In this document: piece after piece, positions 16,662-25,271 of the stretch
Numbering within the stretch: the stretch's first letter is position 1
How the letters are laid out: each line of letters opens with the position of its first letter
Virus record (IMG/VR): IMGVR_UViG_3300037511_000399
Reading direction: 5' to 3' (one strand)
DNA length: 60,524 bases
Source of the DNA: a virus
Program-made: the position numbers and the translations under genes
The notes under the pieces: generated by a model
What the model was told of the DNA's origin: nothing
Database searches by the model: none
The model's input: only the letters and a program-made list of their open reading frames with translations

Positions 16662-17096
16662 ATGACCACCGACGCCGAAGCCGAGCAGGCAGCCGCCGAT
16701 GACGCGCTTGCTGCTGCGACCGCCGCCGAAGATGCCGCGGCGGCGGCTCTTGAGCTCGACTGGGATCCGCTCGAGTGGGTGCAGCTCGTCGACCACGCCG
16801 GCGCGGTGAACATCTTTTCGGGCGAGGTGCGACCGCTCGACTGGTACCTGCGGCGTCGCAAGGCGTTGCCCGAGGAGTTCCTTCGGTACCACGATCGCAT
16901 CGCGCGCATGTTCAACGCCGAGCAGTGCCTCCCCGTGTACACGGAATGCTTCCGGCGCTTGCTGATCGCCCTCCGCGGTGAGTCGAGCGGCGCCGCATCG
17001 ATCCGTGACTTCACTGACGAGCTGGTCGCTTTGATCGCTCGATCGAAACTCTCCGCTGGCGTGGAGACAGCCAACCGAGGTGACGCGCCCAACTAG
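16662..17096 (+). CDS. hypothetical protein
   Basis: In frame of ORF 16611..17096, ATG 16662. Confidence 0.55.
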   Translation: MTTDAEAEQAAADDALAAATAAEDAAAAALELDWDPLEWVQLVDHAGAVNIFSGEVRPLDWYLRRRKALPEEFLRYHDRIARMFNAEQCLPVYTECFRRLLIALRGESSGAASIRDFTDELVALIARSKLSAGVETANRGDAPN

Positions 17097-17358
17097 CGCC
17101 GCGCCAGACAGCTGTCGTGCATCTCTTGCCGCCGGCAGCGCTACACCCACGCCAGCGGTCGCTGCCGGCGGCCGTCGTTCTTCGTTGCGCCAAGCGCTGC
17201 GCGAGCGCTTCGGGCACTTCGAGGCGGTCGCCTACAACCATCCGTTCTTGATCCGGGTGGTCGAAAAGGGCGGCCACCCGCTCGAGGACGAGCGTTGGTA
17301 TCGCAATCCCGACGGCTCGCTGTCGATCGTCGTCATGGTCCGCAGGATTGCGGCATGA
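17080..17358 (+). CDS. hypothetical protein (start uncertain)
   Basis: ORF-track 92 aa. The C-terminal two-thirds look genuine (FGHFEAVAYNHPFLIRVVEKGGHPLEDERWYRNPDG). Confidence 0.4.
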   Translation: MTRPTSAAPDSCRASLAAGSATPTPAVAAGGRRSSLRQALRERFGHFEAVAYNHPFLIRVVEKGGHPLEDERWYRNPDGSLSIVVMVRRIAA

Positions 17359-17861
17359 GCTACGCCGACCGTCAGCCCGGCGGGCCGCGCCCGTACCGCA
17401 CGATTCACGAGCTGATCGAGGCAATCGCCGCGCTCGAGAAGCTCGAGGCCGAGAGCGTCGAGAACGCGAGCGGCATCGTCGTCGCACCGCTCACGCCCGA
17501 CGAAGAGCAGCGGCTACGCGAGCATGCCGACCTGATCGCGATGTGCGCGGCGCGCTGCGACGCGATGCTGGGCCGACGCGCGTTCGCGCGCGAGAAGGCG
17601 AACCCGACGCTGCGCTACGTGAACATGTTCGTATGGCGCGCCGAGCAGGTGCTGTTTCATCGCTGGCTCGTCGAGCGGCTCAAGCTGACCCAGCGCGACG
17701 TGAACCGCATCGCCATCGCGCAGGGCTACCAGCAGCACCAATACGACCGGGCGAAGCACCATCAGCGCCCCTCGACACGTGGCGTTGACACTGATGCGTT
17801 CGCCGCGAGCGTGCTCAGCGGCGAGACCAAGCTGACGCCGCACCGTGAGGCGACCGCGTGA
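17355..17861 (+). CDS. hypothetical protein
   Basis: In frame of ORF 17295..17861, ATGA-coupled ATG 17355. Confidence 0.6.
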   Translation: MSYADRQPGGPRPYRTIHELIEAIAALEKLEAESVENASGIVVAPLTPDEEQRLREHADLIAMCAARCDAMLGRRAFAREKANPTLRYVNMFVWRAEQVLFHRWLVERLKLTQRDVNRIAIAQGYQQHQYDRAKHHQRPSTRGVDTDAFAASVLSGETKLTPHREATA

Positions 17862-20206
17862 GCTTCGGTCCTTACATCCCCGAGCTCGGCGGCCAGGCTC
17901 CGCCCGGCATCACCGTCGAGCACGTGCTCGAGGCAGAGCAGCAGCAGCGACAGGTGCAGCCGACGCCGCTGTACTGGGCCGCGCGCGATGCGGTCGAAGT
18001 GATCGGCGTCCTCAAAGAGAAGAAAAAGGCCTATTTCGAGTTCGCGCGCACGCGCGGGTTCATCGATGCCTGGCTCGCGAGCTACTGCCAGCGCCACGGC
18101 CAAGCAGTCGACGATGTGCAGAGCTGGGAGACGCTGAGCGTTGGCTTCGCCGGCGACGACGGCGAGCTGCTCAACTTTCGCGTCAACGAGGTCGCGAGCT
18201 ACGCCGACCAGCTCGTGACGATGGCCATCGGCAACCGGCCCGCGTTCGAGACGTACGCAACCAACGACAACTACGACTCGCTCGCGCAAGCAGAGCCCTC
18301 GGACCGAATCGTCGAGTACGTCTACGCCGACCGCTACGGCGAGCGCAAAGAGCGTCGCGTCATCGATCACGCTGCGTGGTACGCGCAGGGCTACACGTGG
18401 ATGCGCTGGGACCCGACCGCCGGCGAGCAGCTGCCGGCGAAGGAAGTCACGGTCATGCGCACGCTGCCCGATGGCTCGCAGGCGCCCGAGCTCGACCCGA
18501 AGACCGGTCGGCCGGTGACCGAGATGGTGCCGGGCCCGAAAACTGGGCACATCATTCTCAAGGCGCTGTACCCGTGGGATCAGTATTGCGAGCCGCGCAC
18601 CGAGGATCCCGACGATCATCTCTGGCGCACCGCAATCGAACGCCGAAGCCGTCACGAGCTCGCCGGACTGTTCCCCGAGCTCGCAGCGCAGCTCCTCGCT
18701 GTCGACGGTAACGACCCATACAGCATCGAGTCGCTGTTCAGCACGGACCCCGTCAGCTCCAACGCGCAGCGCGACGAGATCCCGGTCGAGCACTTCTATC
18801 ACCTGCCGAGTCCGGCGCTCGACGCTGCGCAGGGCGGCAAGTTCAAGACCGGCCGATACCTCTGCTTTGCTGGCGACATCAAGCTGCTCGACATCCCGTT
18901 GGCCTACCCAACGATTCCGCTGATCGAGTTCAAGCCGTGGCCCTGGGATGGCTGCGCGTTCGGGTACACGCCGATCTACGACATGCTGTCGATCAACACC
19001 GTGATCGATCAGCTGATGTCGGATGGCGCATCGAACCTGACCAACTGGGGTCGGCTCTCGATGGTGATGGACGTCGGGACCACCATCACGGCCGAGGAGC
19101 TCGCCCGCGGTGAGCGGATCTTCACCAAGCCCACGGACACCGATCACCCCAAGTACATCGATCCACCGGCGATCCCGGAGTCCGCGAAGTGGTTCCTCGA
19201 GCAGTGCATCAAGCGGCTGCAGTCTCGCAGCGGCCTGAACGCGGTTACGCGCGGCGACCCCGACAAAAACATCACGTCGGGCACCATGGCCGCGCTCTTC
19301 CACAGCATCGCGATCGAGGCGAACAGCGGTTTGCAGGCAGCTGTCGATCAGCACCGCGAAGCCGTGGCCAACATGATCCTCGTGGTGCTGCAGCGCTTCG
19401 CCGAGCACCCCATGATCTTCGGCATCGCCGGCGGCGATGACCGCGATTACGTCGCGTCGTTCACGAAGTCGGATCTCGAGGGCGTGCGCGGCGTGCGCGT
19501 CAAGACTGCGAACCCCATGAGCCGCACCCAAGCGGGCCGCATGGAAGTCGCGCAGCTGATGCTCAAGATCCCCGGTGCGATCGAGGATCCGGCGCAGCTC
19601 AACGAGACGCTAAACAGCGGAACGCCGACGCCGCTCTACAAGAACGCGCGCCTGCGCCGGCTCCGCATCAAGTACGAAAACGAGCTGCTGCGCGGCGATC
19701 CAAAGAAGGGCCCGCCGCAGGTTCAGCAGAAGGTGGATCCCCCGCCGCCGGAGCTGCCGAATGGCATGCCGTCGGGGCCTGCGCCGATTCCATACCGTTG
19801 GGTGCCTGCGGTGCCGGTCCTGATGACCGACATCCATCCTTTGCACATCGAGAGTCACACCGCAGAGCTCAGCACCAAGCGCGCGCTCGAAGATCCCGCG
19901 TACGCCGACGCGGTGATGGCGCACATCGAGCACCACATGCACATGTGGAAGTCGACGGCGCCTGACTATCTGCAGGCCTTCCACTGCCCGCCGTATCCCG
20001 GCTCGATGGCAGCGCCTGCGCCCGGCGCGCCTGGCTTGCCGCCCGGTGGTGGTGGTCCAGGCGGACCGCCGCACCCCGCGCCCGGTGGTGGCGGTGGCGG
20101 CGGCGCGCACATGCCCGAAGCGCTGCAGCACAAGCAAGGTCCCGACGTGGGCACGCCGATTCCCAAGCCCGCGCAGTCACCGATCGGAACGCCGCAAGCC
20201 GCGTAG
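17858..20206 (+). CDS. portal (head-to-tail connector) protein
   Basis: ORF-track 782 aa, GTGA-coupled. Size and position fit a portal (after the terminase, before the scaffold-like and capsid genes). The C-terminal tail is Gly/Pro-rich. Confidence 0.7.
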   Translation: MSFGPYIPELGGQAPPGITVEHVLEAEQQQRQVQPTPLYWAARDAVEVIGVLKEKKKAYFEFARTRGFIDAWLASYCQRHGQAVDDVQSWETLSVGFAGDDGELLNFRVNEVASYADQLVTMAIGNRPAFETYATNDNYDSLAQAEPSDRIVEYVYADRYGERKERRVIDHAAWYAQGYTWMRWDPTAGEQLPAKEVTVMRTLPDGSQAPELDPKTGRPVTEMVPGPKTGHIILKALYPWDQYCEPRTEDPDDHLWRTAIERRSRHELAGLFPELAAQLLAVDGNDPYSIESLFSTDPVSSNAQRDEIPVEHFYHLPSPALDAAQGGKFKTGRYLCFAGDIKLLDIPLAYPTIPLIEFKPWPWDGCAFGYTPIYDMLSINTVIDQLMSDGASNLTNWGRLSMVMDVGTTITAEELARGERIFTKPTDTDHPKYIDPPAIPESAKWFLEQCIKRLQSRSGLNAVTRGDPDKNITSGTMAALFHSIAIEANSGLQAAVDQHREAVANMILVVLQRFAEHPMIFGIAGGDDRDYVASFTKSDLEGVRGVRVKTANPMSRTQAGRMEVAQLMLKIPGAIEDPAQLNETLNSGTPTPLYKNARLRRLRIKYENELLRGDPKKGPPQVQQKVDPPPPELPNGMPSGPAPIPYRWVPAVPVLMTDIHPLHIESHTAELSTKRALEDPAYADAVMAHIEHHMHMWKSTAPDYLQAFHCPPYPGSMAAPAPGAPGLPPGGGGPGGPPHPAPGGGGGGGAHMPEALQHKQGPDVGTPIPKPAQSPIGTPQAA

Positions 20207-20230
20207 CGCGGCAGCGATAGAGGAGCAGAC

Positions 20231-21703
20231 ATGGCCAACGATGGAGCACCCGCAGCCAGCACCGGCGACGCATCGCCGTCCAACTTCCGTAGCGCGATCT
20301 CGGCGCAGAGCGCTGCGCCTGCTGCGCCGCCACCTGCTGCAGTGCAGCCGCCGGTGCGACCGCCCGTCGCGCCGGCGCCGGTGCAGCCGCCGACGGCAAC
20401 GCAGCAGCCGAACCCGGCGACCGCAGACCCGAACAACGGCCAGCCGTGGCCGGTGCCTGGCGACGCTTCTGCGGCCGACCCCATCACGCAGCAGCTCGCG
20501 GCCGAGGGCCAGGTCAGCGCCGACGAGCTCGCCGCGCAGATGCAGCAGGCGGCCGGACAGCCCGCGGCGCAGACTGGCGCGCTTGAGCAGCTCTATCACG
20601 GCGTCTCGGGCGCAGACATCCTCGCTGCGATCGCAAAGGGAACGCTGCCGCCGCAGCTGCTCGAGCACATCGGCGACGAGTACGAGCTCGACGGCCTCGA
20701 CGGCGCCAAGCAGAAGGTGCGCGGCACGTTCAAGGAGTGGAAGGAAGGCGGCATGCGTCACTCGCGCTTCACGCGCGGCGTGATGGAGCTAGCCGCACAG
20801 CGCAAGGCGATGAACGAGCGGCTGGACCGTGCGAACGCGCTTTTCGCCGACTGGGACAAGCCCGAGGGCTTCGCGAAGGGCGTCGAGCAGCACGGCCTGG
20901 TCGACAACGTGCACGCCTACGTCACGCGCAACTGGGGCACCGAGCAGCAGCCCAACGTGCAGGGCTTCATGGAAAGCATCCAACGGCTCAACGCGTGGCC
21001 GATGTTCGAGCTCGCGGCGTCGCACCACATGGAGCAGTACAGCACGCTGTTCGAAACGTTCGGCGGTGGCCAGGGCGACCCTGCCGATCCCGCGGTGCTG
21101 CAGCGCGATCAGCGTGCGCACGCGATGACCAAGCAGTACCTCGCCGACCAGCGCGCTGCGCAGGCCGCGCGCTTCAAGGCCGAGGCCGCGGAGCGAGCAG
21201 CCAACGCACGCGCGAACAAGATCGAGCGCGATGCCTTGCTGCGCACGCAGCAGCCGCAGCAGCCAACCCAGGTCGACGCGCAGCGCATCACCGGGCTGCA
21301 GCGCAGCTCGCTCGAGGCGTTGGGCATCAACGCCTACAACCCGCAGGGCGCCGACTACCTGCCGATCGCGGGGCAGTACCTGCTCGACAACATGCGCAGC
21401 TACTACTCGATGTGGAAGAGCGGCCTCGAGCAATTCCGCGACGACGCGCACCTGATCGCTGTCGCAGCGGACGCCACGCGCGACGAGCTTCGCATCCGCA
21501 ATCTGCTGCCCGGCGGCGCTCAGCCCCGAGCCGCGGCCGCGCAGCTGCAGCGGACGGCGCAACCCGCGCAGCTGCAGCACCTGCCCGCGCGCCCAACGGC
21601 CGCACCAACCGCCGTCACCGTGCCGGGCCTCGGTGAGATCCCGACCGAGGGCGATCCCGCAGCGTTCCGCACGCGCCTCGACAAGTTCAAGCAGCTTCGA
21701 TAG
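20231..21703 (+). CDS. scaffolding-like protein
   Basis: ORF-track 490 aa. N-terminus Pro/Ala/Gln-rich, C-terminal half helical and charged. Located between portal and capsid. GAGGAG lies upstream. Confidence 0.45.
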   Translation: MANDGAPAASTGDASPSNFRSAISAQSAAPAAPPPAAVQPPVRPPVAPAPVQPPTATQQPNPATADPNNGQPWPVPGDASAADPITQQLAAEGQVSADELAAQMQQAAGQPAAQTGALEQLYHGVSGADILAAIAKGTLPPQLLEHIGDEYELDGLDGAKQKVRGTFKEWKEGGMRHSRFTRGVMELAAQRKAMNERLDRANALFADWDKPEGFAKGVEQHGLVDNVHAYVTRNWGTEQQPNVQGFMESIQRLNAWPMFELAASHHMEQYSTLFETFGGGQGDPADPAVLQRDQRAHAMTKQYLADQRAAQAARFKAEAAERAANARANKIERDALLRTQQPQQPTQVDAQRITGLQRSSLEALGINAYNPQGADYLPIAGQYLLDNMRSYYSMWKSGLEQFRDDAHLIAVAADATRDELRIRNLLPGGAQPRAAAAQLQRTAQPAQLQHLPARPTAAPTAVTVPGLGEIPTEGDPAAFRTRLDKFKQLR

Positions 21704-21705
21704 CG

Positions 21706-22023
21706 ATGCAGCCCGCGCTCGAGCCGCTGCCGTTCTATGGCTCGCTTCGCAAGAGCCATGGACTGACGTGTTCGCAGGTGGCGATCTACGGCTCGATCCT
21801 CGCTCACGCGCGATTGGGTCTCACACCGTCGCAGGCTGAGCTTGGCGAGTTTGCAGGCGTAAACCCCAGGCGATCAAATGTGTGGGACCACATCCGCACG
21901 CTGATGCGTAAGGGGCTGGTGCGCCGCATCCACTGCGCCGGCGGCGTGCGCGGCGAGCCGGCGGGCTCGCAGACCAACCGCTACGTCCCACTCGGACCGG
22001 GAAGCGAGCAGGTGGCCGCCTGA
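21706..22023 (+). CDS. winged-helix DNA-binding protein (LexA-N-terminal-like pattern)
   Basis: ORF-track 105 aa. LTCSQVAIYGSIL...GLTPSQAELGEFAGVNPRRSNVWDHIRTLMRKGLVRR fits a wHTH. Confidence 0.5.
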   Translation: MQPALEPLPFYGSLRKSHGLTCSQVAIYGSILAHARLGLTPSQAELGEFAGVNPRRSNVWDHIRTLMRKGLVRRIHCAGGVRGEPAGSQTNRYVPLGPGSEQVAA

Positions 22024-22232
22024 AAAACAGGACGCTGAACGCGTCTTAGTCGCGTGCGATCTTCGCTGCGCTACCCCGTGCAAGACCCAGTCTCGAACGA
22101 GTGACGACCCTGACGCACTCGCGCCCTGTGTGAGCGGGCGCGAACAAGCGAACGGACAATCCGATCGACGTCGTGGACGGACAACCGAGCGCGAGAGGGC
22201 TCTCAACCCTTTCCCCGTGAGGCTCCACAACC

Positions 22233-23522
22233 ATGACCAGCGCGATCGCTGCGTACCTCACCAAGCGGTACGGCAAGTTCATGAATCCGATGCCGAGCAT
22301 CGACACGCTCGCAAAGGATTTCCCGTTTGTTCCACGCCAGCAGCGTGAAGGTGCATCGTACGACTTCCCGATCCGCCTCGGCTTGCCCGGCGGCGTGACG
22401 TTCGACGACACCAACACTGCCTTCCCGACCAAGTCGCCGATCGCCGCGGTGTTCAAGTCCGCGAGCGTCACCGGCTCGTCGATCCTCGTGCAGGACGACG
22501 TCCCGTACAACGACGTCTTCGCGACGATGAACGGCATCTCTGACGGTGGCGGTCAGGGCGGCGCGTACTTCGACAAGTGGGACGAAGCGACCGAAGGCGT
22601 GATGCTGACCGCGGAGGTCTACCGCGAGATCCAGCTGCTCGCCGGCCCCGGTCCGACCTCGACCGCCGCGGCATCGATCGGCACCGTCTCTGCGTCGGTC
22701 AGCGGCGCCAACTTGGCTGCGCCCCAGGTGGTCAACATCACCAAGTCCACGTGGCGCCCCGGCTTGTTCCAGCGGCTGATCGGCCACCTGTTCGACGTGT
22801 ACCAGTCGGATGGCACCACGCTTCGCGCGTCGGGAGTCACGCTGCAGGCCGTCGTCGACAGCACCAACCGTCTGCAGCTGTTCAAGACGGGCTCCGCGGC
22901 GACGGTCGCCGCGAACGACATCATCCTGCCGGCCAGCTCGATCGACGTCAGCTGCTACGGCATCGAGGCGATCGCCGCGAACACCGGCTCGCTGTTCGGC
23001 ATCGACGCTGGCGTCTACCCGCAGTGGAAGGTGTCGCAGTTCGCCGTGGGCGGCGCGCTGACCCGCGCCAAGATCCTCGGCGCGCTCGCAACGCTGAAGG
23101 CCAAGGGCGTCCGCGATGGCGGCACGCTCTACGTCTCGGCGCCGTGCATGGCTGACCTGATCGAGGAAGCAAACACGTTGGTGCGCTTCACGCCGCAGGC
23201 GGCAGACAAGCCCGACGTTCGCGTGCAGGGCACCTCGCGTGTCGAGTACGCGACGCAGATCGGCTTGGTGGTGGTCAAGACGCACGACTACTTCCAGCAG
23301 GGCCTGGCGTTCTTCAACCCCAACAAGAACGGCGGCATCCGCGTCGGTCAGACCGACAACACGTTCACCAACGGCAAGAACGAGATGTTCTTGCAGGAGC
23401 TCGAGAACAACGCGGGCTCCCGCATCCGGTGCTTCTCGCACCAGGCGCCGCTGCTGCCGCTGCCTCACCAGTGCATGCGGTTCACCGGCATCGTCTCGAC
23501 GTACGACTCTGCTCCGGCCTGA
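22233..23522 (+). CDS. major capsid protein
   Basis: ORF-track 429 aa. Very strong G/C third-position bias, a 209-nt leader upstream, a strong hairpin immediately downstream, and synteny. Confidence 0.7.
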   Translation: MTSAIAAYLTKRYGKFMNPMPSIDTLAKDFPFVPRQQREGASYDFPIRLGLPGGVTFDDTNTAFPTKSPIAAVFKSASVTGSSILVQDDVPYNDVFATMNGISDGGGQGGAYFDKWDEATEGVMLTAEVYREIQLLAGPGPTSTAAASIGTVSASVSGANLAAPQVVNITKSTWRPGLFQRLIGHLFDVYQSDGTTLRASGVTLQAVVDSTNRLQLFKTGSAATVAANDIILPASSIDVSCYGIEAIAANTGSLFGIDAGVYPQWKVSQFAVGGALTRAKILGALATLKAKGVRDGGTLYVSAPCMADLIEEANTLVRFTPQAADKPDVRVQGTSRVEYATQIGLVVVKTHDYFQQGLAFFNPNKNGGIRVGQTDNTFTNGKNEMFLQELENNAGSRIRCFSHQAPLLPLPHQCMRFTGIVSTYDSAPA

Positions 23523-23541
23523 TTCGCGTTCGTTGCCATGC

Positions 23542-23577
23542 GCCCGGCTGTTGGTTTCGGCACCAGCAGCCGGGCGG
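23542..23577 (+). terminator. stem-loop after the capsid gene
   Basis: CGCCCGGCTG at 23542-23551 pairs perfectly with CAGCCGGGCG at 23568-23577, with further pairing inside. No clear T-tract. Confidence 0.5.
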
Positions 23578-23615
23578 TCTCCTAAACCGAGCCGAGCGAG
23601 GAAGCGCGCGAAGCA

Positions 23616-24377
23616 ATGTCGTTCTCGATGCGGCCACAGGGGAACGACGCGCTGGAACGCTACCTCGACGAGGAGCAGCGGCAGCAGGAGCTCGAGCGCC
23701 AGGGTCGCATGGGTCGCGCGGCGAACGCGCCTCCGATGGGCAACAGCACTCTCGGGCTGCCCGCCAATCCGTATCGGGACCCGTCGCCCTCTGATGTCTC
23801 TGAGTCGTTCGGTCCGACGTACGGAGACGCCGGGCGGCCGCGCTCGGCGGTGCCCGATCAGATGCCCAGCGGCGTGACGCCGCCGGCGTACTGGAATGAG
23901 CAGGCGGGCGCGAAGGCGGTCGAGCCTCGGCCGAGCTCGCCGACGAACGCGGCGCCCGGCGCTGCGATGGGGCTGCAGTCGCGACCCGATCCGTTCGGTC
24001 GGCCTGCGCCGCCGATGGGCGCGCCTGCGTTCGCTCCCGGCCCCCCGCAGGGCTCGCCGGTCGGCCCGATGGGCGCTCGCGATCCGCACCTGCCCGACAG
24101 CGTGGGCGCAGCGCAGCCGACGGGGGCAACCGCAGGACTCGCAGCGGCTTCGCCCGCGCTCGCGGTGCTGGGCCAGTACCTCGATCAGAAGCGTCAGCAG
24201 CAGGAGATGAAGCGCCAGGGCGTGCGCGACCTGCAGGCCGACTACGCCGCATCGCTCGGCTTCCCGACCGATCGGCTGCGCGCCGCGCAGATCAACCACG
24301 CGGCCGGCGGGCTGCAGGGCGAGGACCTCTTGCGGTACCTGCTGCCGTTCAACGGCGGCAAGAACCTGATGGGGTGA
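23616..24377 (+). CDS. Pro/Gly-rich virion-associated protein (hypothetical)
   Basis: ORF-track 253 aa, low-complexity middle, within the structural block. Confidence 0.5.
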   Translation: MSFSMRPQGNDALERYLDEEQRQQELERQGRMGRAANAPPMGNSTLGLPANPYRDPSPSDVSESFGPTYGDAGRPRSAVPDQMPSGVTPPAYWNEQAGAKAVEPRPSSPTNAAPGAAMGLQSRPDPFGRPAPPMGAPAFAPGPPQGSPVGPMGARDPHLPDSVGAAQPTGATAGLAAASPALAVLGQYLDQKRQQQEMKRQGVRDLQADYAASLGFPTDRLRAAQINHAAGGLQGEDLLRYLLPFNGGKNLMG

Positions 24378-24380
24378 GCC

Positions 24381-25271
24381 GTGCGCGTCGATGAAATGGT
24401 CGCTGCGGTGCTGCTCAAGGCGAAGCTGAGCAGCAGCGACAACGACTACACCGCAGCGCGCATCCGGCAAGAGCTGACCGACGCGTGCGGCGCCGTGTTC
24501 GGCAAGCCGATCGTGAAGGCGCGCTCCGGCTACTGGCTCAAGCAGCAGGCCTTGGCGTGCGACGGTGAGAAGTTCCGTTTCAGGCTGCCGTATCGCGCGT
24601 TCTCGACTGAGAGCGTGGAGATCGTCAACAGCGCTGGTCGCTACGAGATCATCGGCGACCAGGTCGTGTTCGACGCGCCGCCGAGCAGCGACCTCGACGT
24701 GCTGTTCACCTACTACATCGCGCCGTCGTTGCTCACGCAGGAGCAGACCGCGGGCCTCGTCACCGCGGTCAACGTCGACACTGCCACCGTGATCGTGGCG
24801 GCGTTGCCCTTGAACCGTGTCACCGGCGTTGCGATCGCGACCGGCGACCGGCTCGACATCGTGCATCAGAACGGCTGGCACGAGCTGTCACTGGTCGGCG
24901 AGGTCTGCGCGATCACCGGCAGCGGCCCCTACTCGATCAGCTTCAACGGCGCCGACCTTTCCGACGTCGAGTCAGGAACCACCGGCGACTACGTGCGCGC
25001 GGCGGGCCAGACCGATTGGCCCTGCCTGCACGAGAGCTTCCACCCGGCGCTGTGCACGGTCACCGCGGCGCGGATCTCGCGAGCTCGAGGCGCCTACGCG
25101 CGCGCGGCCGAGCTCGAGAAGGAAGTGAGCGGCGAGGACGGCGACATGGCCCGCTTCATCCGGGTGATCGAGCCGCGCGTGCAGGACGCACCGCGCGTGG
25201 TCGTGCCTCGCAACATCTTGATCCGCCGCGGCCGCTCTCGCCGGCGCAACACCGCCAACACCTTCGGATGA
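24381..25271 (+). CDS. head-tail adaptor / tail-tubular-A-like protein (synteny-based)
   Basis: ORF-track 296 aa. It precedes a roughly 825-aa gene, as gp11 precedes gp12 in T7-like podoviruses. Confidence 0.4.
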   Translation: MRVDEMVAAVLLKAKLSSSDNDYTAARIRQELTDACGAVFGKPIVKARSGYWLKQQALACDGEKFRFRLPYRAFSTESVEIVNSAGRYEIIGDQVVFDAPPSSDLDVLFTYYIAPSLLTQEQTAGLVTAVNVDTATVIVAALPLNRVTGVAIATGDRLDIVHQNGWHELSLVGEVCAITGSGPYSISFNGADLSDVESGTTGDYVRAAGQTDWPCLHESFHPALCTVTAARISRARGAYARAAELEKEVSGEDGDMARFIRVIEPRVQDAPRVVVPRNILIRRGRSRRRNTANTFG

